From Felis catus (Eukaryota), in assembly GCF_018350175.1 (NCBI RefSeq), contig NC_058373.1, positions 110,176,001 through 110,240,000 on the forward strand: a DNA stretch of 64,000 nucleotides. The letters are read 5' to 3'. Position numbers and translations under genes: made by a program. This document shows, piece by piece, positions 37,620 through 50,599 of the stretch. A model generated the notes under the pieces. It saw only the letters and a program-made list of their open reading frames with translations. It was not told the origin of the DNA and made no database searches. Position 1 is the first letter of the stretch; each line of letters begins with the position of its first letter.

Positions 37620-38694
37620 TATTATTTATTATGTTTTAAAATATATAATAATGTGATCTGACTAAAAAGTACTTAGTCCTGCCAGAGTAATAGCAAAATT
37701 AGTTGAAAACTAGGTATGAATGACACATATCATGTTTTAAATCGTACAGTATTATCTGTATAAAAAGAACTTTTCTATTGGTTATTTTTTCCTGAATTTC
37801 TTCTGAAAACTTCAAAGTTTGGAAGTTTTACCATCAAGTCAAATCCCGGTGTTTAATAGTTCAAGGGTTTCAGCCTCGAAGTCAGGAGAACTGGGTTTTA
37901 GACCCAACTACACTGCTTACAGGCTGTGTGACTTTCAGCAATTAGTTAACATTTCTGGAATTCTCCTACTGCGCATTGGTATTGTGGCGAGGGTACTTGG
38001 ATGATTACAGTGGATACAGAGCCTCTAGCATAGGACCCGGGGCCTATTAAACAGCACACAGACACGGATTTCCTCTCAGCCTAGCAGTCAGCAGCGTGTG
38101 CTTGGGAATCAGGCAGGCCTGGCTTCAACTCCCAGCCCTACCTCTTATAGCCTGACCTCCCCGGGGTCTTCTAACTTCTGTGAACCCAGTTTCCTTATTG
38201 TGAAATGGCGGTTCTGATACCTACCTCCCAGGGTTGTTGTGACAGTTAAAGAAAGTGATAGGAAGTTCTTAGTAAAGGGAATAATCTCTTCGCATTTATA
38301 GATTATGTAAGTCCGGGTTTTTACGGAACCAATGTCATTGAAGCGAAATATAATTATACTTTTGGGACTTAGGGAATTTGGCAGGACAATTCAATAAGCA
38401 CCTTTTGAGGGCCTGCGCTGTGGGAAGCCCCATGCTACGTGCAATTGCTATGAAAGTGAGTAAGAGGCAGAAAGAGGCAGAAACTGCCCTTGCACAGCTC
38501 ACTGCCTGGTGGCACAAAGCAAAGCAACAGTTCTTCAGAGAGTCAGGGAGGGAGAGAAGGAAGGCAAGGGTGGTCCAAACGCAGAACTTGGTGCTGCGGG
38601 TTTACTCTCGCCCCAGGCATTCTTTCCAGAGACCTTTCACTATCGGGGCACAAGTGATCTAAGAGTTCTTTTCAGCCTGAGCCAAGGAAATGCT

Positions 38695-39175
38695 TTTTTT
38701 TTTTTTAATTTTTTTTTAACGTTTATTTATTTTTGATACAGAGAGAGACAGAGCATGAATGGGGGAGGGTCAGAGAGAGGGAGACACAGAATCTGAAACA
38801 GGCTCCAGGCTCTGAGCTGTCAGCACAGAGCCCGACGCGGGGCTCGAACTCACGGATGGCGAGATCATGACCTGAGCTGAAGTCGGCCACTTAACCGACT
38901 GAGCCACCCAGGCGCCCCCCAAGGAAATGCTTTAAAAAATCACAATTTAGGGGCATCTGGGTGGCTCATTTGGTTAAGCATCAGACTCTTGATTTCAACT
39001 CAGGTCATGATCCCACGGTCTGTGGGTTCGAGCCCCGCATCAGGCTCTGCACTGACAGTGCGGAGCCTGCTTGTGATTCTCTCTCTCTTCCTCTCTCTCT
39101 GCCCCCATCCCAGCTTGTTCTCTCTCTCTCTCTCTCTAAAAAATAAAAAAAGAAAAAGAAAAAACTTAAAAAAAA
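38695..39175. mobile_element. Head-to-head CAN-SINE pair (minus 38695-38919, plus 38950-39175)
   Basis: TSD ccaaggaaatgcttt around the first; the heads are about 30 bp apart. Confidence 0.9.
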
Positions 39176-39283
39176 TCAAAACTATAGATTAAAGACTAAA
39201 TCGTACAGTATTTTAATTTTGAACAGATTCAGCAGTGGCCATTTCTTTTCATTTACTAACCATGCTTCTCTGATATAATTAAG

Positions 39284-39466
39284 GTCATACTTGAAAACAT
39301 ACGTCCCATGAAGAAAACCATTGCTGAAATAGTGTCTTACCAAGTAGAACTGAGGTTGCCCCAGACAGGAATGAAGCCTCTCCCTGTGTTTCAGCGGACG
39401 AATCAGCTTTTACAAGATGTAAAATTGTTGGAAAATGTGACTCAGGAACAAAATGAGTTATTAAAG
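39284..39466 (+). CDS. SYNE2: Nesprin-2 coding exon (VILENIRPMKK...QNELLK)
   Basis: taag|GTC to AAG|gtgagc; 183 nt, phase 0-0; not in the ORF track. Confidence 0.93.
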
Positions 39467-40174
39467 GTGAGCAGTGTGTGATAGTAGCCAACTTTATTGG
39501 CTGAAAGTGTTCAGCAAAAGCTGGTTTTCTTTTCAATTTTAATGGTTGGGTTGGTGAAATTCCCGTGACCACAAGGGGTCTGCTGCCTCTGTTGATTCTT
39601 TTTGGTCTCTTCTGGTATTATTATCCAGGATGTGACATTGGATAAAGGAGAGTGTCTTACTGCTTAAATGAGGCTAAGGTGATTTCCCCAGTTCTTATTC
39701 TTCTTTAGTTGAAGGCATTAAAGCATAACTGTGATCTGTTTAATTCTGTGCTGCAGTTATTGAAAACACACGTGGGTAAATGCTGTGGAGAAAGGTTTAA
39801 ACCTGAGCAGTGTATTTGCAAACCTCTTGAGACCCTTACAGTAACCAGCACCATAATAATCTCTTTATACTCTTGGTCACTTTCCCATTAATCATCTTAT
39901 TTTCTATTCAAACATGGGATACAGATAGAAGGGGCACTTTGCCACCTTTATTTTTATATATAAGGAGACAGGAGTCAGAAGCTTATTAGATCACTTGCTG
40001 AAGGACCACCGAGTTAACTCGTGTCCAGATTCATTTGTGTACAAACAGGACAAAAATCTGTGTTTCTAGACTCCTGGTATCTTTCATTCTTCATATCAAG
40101 GTCTCTTCCTTTTAAATGATGACATCTTTCAGCATCTCCCCAGAGGGTTAATTCTTATGTTTTTAAAAAAAAAA

Positions 40175-40387
40175 AATTTTTTTTTTAACATTTATTTATT
40201 TTTGAGACAGAGAGAGACAGAGCATGAACGGGGGAGGGTCAGAGAGAGGGAGACACAGTATCTGAAACAGGCTCCAGGCTCTGAGCTGTCAGCACAGAGC
40301 CCAACGCGGGGCTCGAACTCACGGACCGTGAGATCGTGACCTGAGCCGAAGTCGGCCGCTTAACCGACTGAGCCACCCAGGCACCCC
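40175..40387 (-). mobile_element. CAN-SINE
   Basis: TSD ttaattcttatgtttt. Confidence 0.92.
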
Positions 40388-41368
40388 TTAATTCTTATGT
40401 TTTGACTGATCTCCAGGCTCAAGTCACGAGTCATTATTAGATAGAAATTACATTTTTCTTTGATTTGCATTTCTAAGTTTACAACCACTTTCACAAGAAG
40501 AGAAAGTTGCTGAAACAGCCTTAAATCCCACAGACTTTTCAACTCTGTTGGCAGATCCCACACCCTCCCCCGTCCACCTGCTTTTCCTGATTAGATAGGT
40601 TGGGGTAGGAGAAAAGGTTATTTTCCCTCCTTCCTGACCACCACCTGATTGTAGGGAGAAAGCTGCTGTCTCTTTCTCCCTCTTCAATTTCTTTGCCATT
40701 TAGCTGGCTACTCTGTGTTCTCCTAAGATTGGAGAATACTGTAATCTCCGGTTTGAGTCTTAGCTCATAAAATCTCTCTGTCCTGGCTCATCAGCTGATG
40801 TCTAGCACCCACAGGGAGAAAAAAAGATCTGGCACTCTGTGTACTCCTTTTTAATATTATAAGGAGAAGAAAACAGAAAGAAAGAGACAGTTTGATCTAT
40901 TATTTTTAAGCTTTTTTTGTGCTTTATTGGTTTCCTGGTCCGGAAAAGAAAATAACAGTTGTAACTATACTTTTAAGGGGTTTCTTCACAGGATGAGAAG
41001 GGGAAAATAGAAGAGGAAATTATATTTTGTGCCAAGTAAGGTATCAGACTGTGCTGCTAAAATTTTCCATGTTATTGTGCTCGTGGAAATCAAGTGTCAT
41101 CTCATATATTTCAAAATTAAGTAAGACACTGGTGATGAAAATCATTAGAATCTGGTACATTTCTTTCAAGTCCTACTTTGGATATTTTAAGTGCCCTCAC
41201 CGTGGAAAACAAGACAAGTTATTTGGGGGGTGGGGTGGGTAATAGGATGTAGCTCATTATCGAGGGTGGGGTAACAGGTGTGTGCAGCGAACGTAGTTAT
41301 TTATTTCCAGCTCACAGCCAAGATTATGGTTAAATATTAAAGAAAATACAAAGAAAATTTTCAGAAAG

Positions 41369-41574
41369 GTTTTTTTTTTTTAATGTTTATTTTTGAGAGA
41401 CAGACAGAATGTGAGCGGGGGAGGGGCAGAGAGACAGGGAGACCCAGAATCCAAAGCAGGCTCCAGGCTCCGAGCTGTCAGCACAGAGCCCGACGCATGG
41501 TCGAACTCTTGAGCTGTGAGATCACGACCTGAGCTGAAGTCAGCCACCCGATCAACTGAGCCACCCAGGTGCCC
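41369..41574 (-). mobile_element. CAN-SINE
   Basis: Minus-strand SINE body. Confidence 0.88.
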
Positions 41575-42331
41575 TACAAGGAAGAATTTTGTGTTGGCCC
41601 GAAACTTTGCAGTTTTAAAAGGCATTTGCTTCATTGTGTAGCATACCAAGGAAACATCTATAGTTTATCTTGCCGTCATACTTTGATCATACAGTTTAGT
41701 ACACAAATAGGTGTGAGCTTCACTACTTCCTTAACACTAGATTCAGTTCTGGTTAATTTTGCCTTTTCCTGCAAACTCAGACTGCTCTTGAACCCTGTAC
41801 CTCTTACTCATAAAACGTACATCACAGATCCCCAAGGGATACCAGGTGAGGCTATGACGGGAATGGGAAAATTCATCATCTTTCAAATCAGATACCCTTT
41901 CCACTCTGAATCAGTAATATCACCCTTCTAGTATAGAAAGCATCACATGGAGTGTGCATTAAAATAGCATGTTATGACATAGCAGTAATTTCATAGAACT
42001 TGGCACCTGGATGTTAACATGCCATAAAAAATGCTTCCCAGAATAAGCCCACTAGACTGGAAATACTAAGAGCAGAGGTGTGTCTTATTGTGCTTGTACT
42101 CCAAGCACTGCCCAAGGTGTCCTGGCATCTAGTAGGGCAAGAAAGTCAGGTGCCAGCTTTACAAACATTCCTGTCTGTATTTAGGCTACCATTTTCTATT
42201 GCAATCTGTATGGGTTTGTATTTGCTGTCATTAATTGAAACTTGTGGTGGGGTTGGACATTGGAAGTAACCCATTAATCTAGTCCTTAGGTTATGACAAA
42301 GATTCTTCTTTTGGGGGGGGTTATTTTATAG

Positions 42332-42463
42332 ATGGTCATAAAACAGACTAATGAATGCAATGAGGAAATAGAAAATTTGAAGCAGATCTTAAATAATTAT
42401 TCAGCCGAGTTCTCCCATGAACATATATCACCAGACCAAACTGCCAACCTGCCACAGGTACAG
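42332..42463 (+). CDS. SYNE2: Nesprin-2 coding exon (MVIKQTNECNEEIENLK...LPQVQ)
   Basis: ttatag|ATG to CAG|gtatgt; 132 nt, phase 0-0; alternative in-frame donor 6 nt upstream. Confidence 0.9.
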
Positions 42464-43149
42464 GTATGTTTCTTTAACTTATTTGCCCTGCTGTTCCTTC
42501 AATGATCACTTACTCAGCCATTGGTGTCTAGAAGCCTTCGTGATTGTCCGGTGTATTTCCTACTTCTCTCTTCCGGTTGAAGGTATATTATGTATGTATT
42601 GACTTTATACGTTCCTATTTCATAAAATAGGTGCATTGGGGTCTGAATTTGCTCTGCTACTGAAGAAGCTGATGGAACACAGGAAAGTTGGGCAACCTGA
42701 CTTTACGTCTAGCTTTCTGAGATAGGGGGCAGGCAGTGTGGGCAGGCTGGGCATCACAGGTAAAGACCCTGACCACTGTTGTAATGAGGAGTTTCATACA
42801 CTAACTAGCATTTCCATGCGTCACAATTAACAGTATCCTGTGGGGCCCAGTTACAGTGGTGTGTAGGTTAACCCTCTATCGCTAGAGATTTTTTTTTCTC
42901 AGTCTTTGTTTTCGAATTAGTGCTTCTATAAAAAACATCCTGATGGTATGCCAAGGATTGTAAAGAGCTGCTTCTATCCTACCATCAGGTTGGTTTGGGC
43001 AGGCGATCGCTATGGTATTCAAAGCCACGTTGCAACACTTGCTAGCTGTGAGACCTAAGGCAAGTGACTTACGGAGGGGTCCAAGGTGACTCACACGCCT
43101 ATTAGGTGTTGGACTCAGTAAGGCGAACTCGACAGTAAAGACTCAGTAT

Positions 43150-44575
43150 TGTAAATATGTCCGATTTCCCATTACGTTAAAAAATTGTAAGGCCCCAACG
43201 AGCTTTTGTTTATATGAATCCTCTCTACTGAGATAGAAAGAAATGAAAACTCAGAAATGTAAGAATAATTTAGTTTATTTTAAAATAACAAACCTAGTAC
43301 ATACTGATAGAAATAACGTATCTTTTGTGGAAGAAATCACATTTTCCAAAAGAAAACGTAGTGAGAAGAGTGACGTTGTTTTACATTTTTGCAAATCTCT
43401 GAAATGTCTGCCTTGGTAGAAGACAGCTAGATTCTCATCGCTTCTACATTCCATCTGTTGAGGTATGTAGTTTAGTTTGAAGTGTGTAAAAACAGTCCAC
43501 CCTCTCAACAACATGTACTTGAAAAGAAAGGTATGTTTTCATAACCCTTCTGGATAATTGTGAACATTCTTTGAAACTACACTAAGCTCCAACAAGTAGA
43601 AGTTACTCACAGGTTTGCTGCTAAATGGAATCCCAAGTCCTGTCAATGAACTTTTCACACTCTTATATTAAGATCCTTTGGTCTCTTTGTACTTTGAATG
43701 GCTCTCCCAGCCATGCATGGCTTTATGACGTCATGCTTGATCATTAGAAAAATACCGTTTTGGGGCGCCTGGGTGGCTCAGTCGGTTAAGCGGCCGACTT
43801 CGGCTCAGGTCATGATCTCGCGGTCCGTGAGTTCGAGCCCCGCGTCGGGCTCTGGGCTGACAGCTCAGAGCCTGGAGCCTGTTTCGGATTCTGTGTCTCC
43901 CTCTCTCTGACCCTCCCCCATTCATGCTCTGCTCTGTCTCTATCTTAAAAATAAATAAACGTTAAAAAAAATTAAAAAAAAAAAAAGAAAAATACCGTTT
44001 TGCTAGTTACATAGATACTCCAAATATGTCCACATTTCAGCAGTGTTAAAAATTCACATTTATTAATATTAACATTTATCTCTTCAGAAAAATCTGTTCG
44101 TATTTATATATATGTATAGCTTAGTAGCTGTTTTTTTCCAAGTAAAAATAGCGTTGTATGAAAATGTAGTTCAGCGCAAAACGTAAATAATCGCACAGAG
44201 CTTTTTCTCAGCCATCATACTTGGGCACACAGGGAAAGAGCTTTATGCATGCTTTCTGTTGTGTCCCACAGAATATTAGAAATGCATGTTCTTTCTCTAG
44301 GGTATTCTTAAGTGAACTGGCTTTTTCTTTGTTTTTTTACAGTTAAGCACATGAGAGCGAATAATCTAGTAACTCATATAGTTGATGTCCCTGCCTTGAT
44401 TCGTATAAAGTGTCAGTGGTTGTACCCACCACTGCTTTTGTCGTAGCATATAGTGAAAAATGTCAACAGAGTGAAAATGGCAAATAACGTTTTAGTATTA
44501 TTTTGAAAATGACCTTGACCTCATAGAATGTGAACCCCCAGCAGTCTGCAGATGCCACTTTGTGAATGGCTGCTC
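43150..44575. mobile_element. Charlie1-like hAT DNA transposon remnant with a nested CAN-SINE (43762-43990)
   Basis: Recognised motifs 'gttttacatttttgcaaatctct...agaagacagctagattctcat' and end 'ccactttgtgaatggctg'; SINE TSD aaaaataccgtttt. Confidence 0.72.
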
Positions 44576-45332
44576 TGTGCCCTACTGCGCATCCATAATT
44601 GTGGTATGCAGACTGTTCTTTTTTTTTTCACTTAGGGTTCTTCCAATGGCTATAGTATTATGTCTGCTGGGAGGCATTATACCTCTGAAGTTTAGTGTTT
44701 ATTGAAAATGGACACACGCACACAGAACTGCCAACTCCTTTTTAATTCAGTTATCGTTTCCCAAAGCAATCACAAGAAGTTTAACTTCAGACAGACGAGG
44801 GTTATTGGTGTCCAAATGTAGGCAGGAGCAGGAGACCGTGGAGGTGGGATGTCAGGAAGTCCAGGTCTGTGCTCTGTCACTGGCTAGCTGCAGCCCTGGA
44901 AAAATCACCTCTCTGGACTTCAGAACCCTGACTTATACTTGGAGATATAGTAAATTTCTCTGTAAAAAAAAAAAAAGTAATGATTCTATGAATGTATGTA
45001 GGATGGATGGATCGATAGATGGAAAGAAAGAAGGAAGGAGGAAACAAATGAACAGGAGTTTAAGGACTGTGTTAGGAACAGAACTCCAATACGTGAAGCT
45101 TTGCTGATAAGGAGCAGGTTGTCTTCTGATGCAGCGTTCGCTGCAAGGCTCATGCAGAGATGGAATGATGCCTTTCAGGGGTGCTAGAGAGGAGGATGCT
45201 AGATCAGACACCTGCTCTCTCCTCCAAATCTACGATTCTGATATCCTATATTCGTCTTAGACGGACAAACTGTACTACCCACATACAAGACATTTTATTC
45301 CCACACATCAATCATACAAGAAATTTTAAAAG

Positions 45333-45543
45333 TTTTTTTTGTTTATTCATTTTTGAGAGAGAGAGAGAGAGAGCACATATGCGAGAGCAGGGAAGGGACA
45401 GAGAGAGGTGGGGGACAGAGGATCCGAAGCTGGCTCTGTACTGACAGCAGAGAGCCCCGTGTGGGGCTCAAACTCAGAAACCGCGAGATCACGACCTGAG
45501 CCAAAGTCAGACGCTTAGCCAACTGAGCCAGGCAGGGGCCCCC
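45333..45543 (-). mobile_element. CAN-SINE
   Basis: Minus-strand body; flanking aatc(a/g)tacaa..aattttaaa duplication. Confidence 0.86.
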
Positions 45544-46171
45544 AATCGTACAAATTTTTAAAGTCACGTTATAAAGCTTGAAATCATCTGTCCATCATTC
45601 CCATGGTAAGTGACACTTCACACTACCTTTATTTGCTTGTTTATTCCCATTTGGTAGGAAACTTTGTGAGGAAAAAGTAAATGAATTCTGTAATACTAAA
45701 GAATGCTTCGGAAGCAATGACGGAAGCCTGAGATTTCTCACCCTGTTTTCTCTCAGTGGTTCCTGAATGTTAGTCTGCTTACAGATCTCCTGAGAAGCTT
45801 CCCAGGCCCTGAGCCTGTGAATTCGGGTAGTCAGTCCTGTTGTCACTAGATCGGTGACTGCATATGCCAGGCCCCGCACGAAGCTTGTTACAAATCTCTG
45901 AGCCTTGGCTTGACCCTCCTCCCAGAGAATTGATAGACCAAGTGTCAGGTGAGCCTAAGTCATCCTATAAGTGAGCTCATAAGTGCTCACCAGGTCACTT
46001 GGAAACGCTGCCAGGATGGGGAGGACCTGTGCCCAGGCAGACACTCGCTCCTGGTGCTGCCTGCCAAACAGCATAGGAAACTCGTCCTGCCTTCTACCGA
46101 ACGACACAGCTCCCGGGGGCATGCACAGGCCTCAGACCGCCCAATGCAATGCAAACTCTCTCTCCGCACAG

Positions 46172-46369
46172 GGAGAAATTGAAGGTATGGAACAGGAGAT
46201 TCTGAGTTTAAACCAGAAGAAAGAGGACCTGTTGGTGGACCTGAAGGCTGCCATACTAAATCTTCACCAGCATTTACAGCGGGACCAGCAAGAATTAGAA
46301 CAAGAAATGCCATCAACCGGAACCTCAGAAGAGGAAGGAGTGGCTGAGAGGGAGGGCTCTGAGTGGAAG
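46172..46369 (+). CDS. SYNE2: Nesprin-2 coding exon (GEIEGMEQEILSL...EGSEWK)
   Basis: gcacag|GGA to AAG|gtgggt; 198 nt, phase 0-0. Confidence 0.92.
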
Positions 46370-46970
46370 GTGGGTAAGACTTTAGGCTAATGCTGGTCCC
46401 GCTTTTTCACGAGAGTATTAAATTGGGGTTATTTTTTCAGCTGAAAAACCTGTGGCATCTATGTCGATGGCCTACAGGAATTTTTTAAAGTGGAGATACT
46501 GTGCCTGAGATTGCTCGCTAGGGAATATAAACCCTTGGGGTGTGTCTGTTCTGGACTCAACCCGGAATTTTTATGCCTGAGTTACTGAAGGAGGTGTGTA
46601 TGAAATTCCACGGGCAGGTGGGTGGGAGTCGCCCGTGAAGTGTCTTTGTCCTCACCAGTCGGCCCAGTGCAAACTCAGAAATGGATCCAGCACCACTCTA
46701 AGCCCCCTGAGTCCACACCAGGGGATCACGTTCTCAACTGATGGATGAGGGGCCAGAGAGGGCAATGCAGGTGAAAATGATCAAAGATTTGACCGAGTCA
46801 TGATACGTGGCGGGATTAGCTGAAAGTGGCCTCACCCGGAGGCTGCTTGGGTGGGTGGGCATCTTGAATCAAGCGAGTAAAAAATTAGCTGCATAAAAGC
46901 ACAGCCAGGCCAGGATCCTGATGATGTCGAACCGCAACCTGGCTGCAAGTATTTGTGCTGTGCCTTTCAG

Positions 46971-47042
46971 TTGAACAAAAGTTCCATGTCTTTCCTGCCG
47001 GCGCTCAAGGAAGAGGCAGAAGAGAGCTCCCTGAAGAGTGAA
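46971..47042 (+). CDS. SYNE2: Nesprin-2 short coding exon (LNKSSMSFLPALKEEAEESSLKSE)
   Basis: ctttcag|TTG to GAA|gtaagg; 72 nt, phase 0-0; resembles the recalled human linker LNRRGSMS...EESSVKSD. Confidence 0.87.
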
Positions 47043-48271
47043 GTAAGGAACCTGATTTTCTCATCAAGTTTCGTTAGAACCGAAATCTCTAAAAGAAGGT
47101 CAATGGGAAGAGCTTACAATGAATAGGAACACAAGGATTTTTAAATTGAATGCCGATGTTTGATAAGGGTGATTGAAGCTGTTCTCTTACATTATTAACC
47201 TTAAGTGCATCTGAATCTACTTCATGCCTGAGTGGGATAAATGTAAACCACACACACTTGTTGGCATGTGGGAGAAAATGAAGCTCTCGGTCACAATCTG
47301 ACTTCCGAGTACATTCTCTGAAATTTTCAGAGTATGTTGTCTGGTGGGCGCTTCTAGTGTGCTCTTTAGAACTTTATTCTTCCCGGTTTCTTTTCTCGTC
47401 TGAGACAGCATTGCCAAGGATATGAAGAGTTGCGTTAGCAACTTACGCTTCTACTGATCCTTACCGTTTCATTAGAGCTGATTGAATGAGACAATTTACA
47501 GTTGTCTTACCTGGTATCGATTTCCATTTCATACCCTAAAGACAAAAGTTACAGTGGCTCTTGTGCCGAAGAGAAGAAAATTGCACCAATTTATCGTCTC
47601 TCTATCTCACGTGTAATCGCTAGACGCTTTCTGTGCTCATTTTATGGGTTGTTAAATAGCTCCATTGTCACACAGAACCACCTGCTTTCCTAAAGACGAG
47701 GCCACTGGAACCGACTGGATAGGGCAAGGGAGAGTAGAGGCTTGCTGCAGCTCAGTCCATCAGACAACTTCGTAATCTGATTATGTCCCCCCACGGCAGA
47801 GGCAATTATGAGAACCGAGGAGGCTCCAGGGCGAGAGGAGAGTGGAGGCAGCGTGGTTCTAATTTAAGACCTGCGTTTGCCTCTGAGCTGATCTATTTAC
47901 CATAACCACTGTCTGTCTCTGACAGTAGCAAGAATACACGTTTATCAGGCTGTTATTTTAAAGATGGCGTTTAAGGTTACATTTACCAAAGCAGATTAAA
48001 TTCCTAAAGCACGGTTTTAAAGATCCTTTGTTGAGTGCTGTGAGCTGCCTTCCAACTTTTCAGAGTATTTTTAAGGCTTCGGGAAGAGCAAGCCCATTTG
48101 GACCCCTATGATTTAGTTAGCCAGAGAAGGAGATGACAAATGGAGGGAGAGGGGGAATTAAGGGCTACAGTCGTACTGCCTGGTGAACTGAGTTTTGTGT
48201 GAGAGAGGAGTAGGATGCTCTTAGGATGGTAGGAAATTACTTCTTCGCTAATCAGTTGGTTACTGTGTTAG

Positions 48272-48382
48272 AATGGAGAGAAGACGGCGGAGCGATCTTC
48301 CGGATCTTGGTCTTTACTCTGCAAGCACGACCAGGACATGGAGGAAGACAGAGCATCCTCATCCTCTGGAACGATCATTCAG
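48272..48382 (+). CDS. SYNE2: Nesprin-2 coding exon (NGEKTAERS...DMEEDRASSSSGTIIQ)
   Basis: gttag|AAT to CAG|gtagtt; 111 nt, phase 0-0. Confidence 0.88.
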
Positions 48383-48699
48383 GTAGTTTTAAGTAGAATA
48401 CACTCGGTGGTTGGGAGCTGGCAGGGATAGTAAGGGAAGTAAGTCCGAAGAATTTCTTGTTTGAAACATTGCTTGGGTGGGGAGCTGTCTGGGCTGAATT
48501 TTTTTAAGTTTCTCACCATTATGTCTTCACAAATTCAAAAACAGCCAAGTACTTGCTTATTATTTGCAGTTCTATTGGGTGCTTGGTGATAACAGGAGAG
48601 TATTTTCTGAGCACTCCATATGTGAGAATTGAGACTAACAAAACAGATAACTCAAAGGAGCCCCCCTTCAAAAGGTTCACTGTAGTGTTTCAAAGCATC

Positions 48700-50270
48700 T
48701 AACACGCCTCTCTTTTGGAAGTCATTGTGGCGAGGGGTCTCCCCATAATCTTCTTTTTGAACAGAGTAGTGCATAATGCGTATTCATGTCTGTTTTGCTC
48801 TATGACCTTCTAAATCTTCTCCAACCTCTCAAACTCGAGGGCAAATGCCCTCAACTTAGAAAATCATCAGAAATTAACGTGAAAGTGATGTTTTCCCCTT
48901 GTGCCTGAAACATCCCAGCATCATTGTGATCCATAATGCCTCCTGTTCCCGTCTCCTGTCCAGGGCTACCCTCTGCCCTAGCCCCCAGGCCACTTGTTTT
49001 GTGACACCTCCACACAGGGTTCTGCCTAGACCTGTAGCTCAAGTCTCTGCCTCTTGACTGGTTCCTTCCCTCTCAGTCTGAGAAGTATTCGGTCTCCCCC
49101 TCCCCAGGAGGTAGACTTCCTCCTTATCCACAAAGGCCGTCTCAACTTTGACTTCCTCCAAGAAACCTCTGCTGTCTCCCTTCATTCTGATAGCATGCTG
49201 AACCTCACTTATGACTTACCACATTTTTATGCGTACACCTGACACGGTTTGGTGAATGGCAAGAGCGTCATGTTTTACGTGTTTCTGTCCTGTACTGGGC
49301 TCAGCATGGTACTTTAATGCATTGACTGTCTTGATCCTGCTTCCGGGTCAGTCAATTACTGTGCTGCTTCTCATTCACCTCTCAAAATCTTTACTTGGCC
49401 TCCTCACCTTTGGCCCCTTTTGTAATCAAGTTTTTGCCCCTGGCTCTATTCAAACTGCCATTGACCTTCTGGAACATCAGTTTAGTGCCCTTTTGTTTGT
49501 CCTCATCTTTATTGATCTCTCCAGCATTAGACACTAGCAACATCTCTTCCTGAAATGAGGGACCCTTTGACTTTCTTAATTCTGCACTTTCTTGTCTCAC
49601 CTACCTGCAGCCCCTCCCCCATCCCCTTCACTTGCCCCATCCAGGGTTCTGTTCTCTTCCTTCTCTTTCCCTCAGGGCAGTTTTATCTCCTCCCACAGGT
49701 TTGGTCCTCCCTCTGCCAGTGATCCCATCAAATCTCTTGTCTTGACCTTTCCTTTAATTCTGTTTTACATTTCTACCTTCCTGATGGATTTCTCTTTTTG
49801 CATGTATTTTCTTTCATCTCAAACCCATTTTGTCAAGTTTCCTTCAAAACTAGTTCCTCCTAATTTTTCGACGTCTGTTTATAGCACCACTGTTCCCTCA
49901 GAGTCTAAGACAAACCTCAGAGTCCTCTTAGATACCTCACTTTCATATCTAATCAGTGGCCAGGTGATGTCCATTCAATCTTTACATTCTTCTCCTCCCA
50001 TGATGTTGCCATCATCCTATTCCGGGCAATTGTGACTTCTGCCCTGGACTTTTGTTGGAGTAGCCTTCTATTTGGGTTTACCGCCTCTAGTTATTTTTCC
50101 TAAAATAAAATATACATCTTCTACAATAGTCACTGATGACTCTTCCTAAAACTATTACTGCTATGCTGAAATCTTTCATGGATTCTGAATGCCTACTAAA
50201 ATGCATTCTTCTTAGCCTGGCATCCCAGATTCTTCATGATGCTGTCCTCCCTTTCCAATTTATCTAAGCT
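48700..50270. mobile_element. Probable decayed L2 fragments
   Basis: Pyrimidine-rich sequence with L2-like motifs 'aaacctcagagtcctcttagatacctc' and 'tcttagcctggcatccca'. Confidence 0.5.
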
Positions 50271-50599
50271 TTCCCTTTAGTTCTTGGTTGTTACCTTTCT
50301 AATAGCAGCGATCGTTTTCAGTACAAGAAGCCGAAAAGTAATGTTTTGTTAGGAACTGCTAGATGCTTTATATGTGTCATCTTGCTTGGTAATCACATGC
50401 GTGAGTGAGGTAGGTTATATTCCCACTTTAAAGATAAAGTAAAGGCTCAGAGTTCCAGTTGTCTTGTCTAAGATCATGCAACTTGTAAGTAGAACGAGCA
50501 CGATTGGTCGATTAGAACAGCCACACCTTTCCCACCACGTGATGTTAATTATTTGTGTACATATCCTGTTTTCCCATTGTTTAACCTTGGTTAACCTAA

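Noticed and set aside
49592..50035. 147-aa Ser/Pro/Phe-rich ORF
   Set aside because: Pyrimidine-rich, L2-like decayed sequence with a non-ATG start and no splice or homology support
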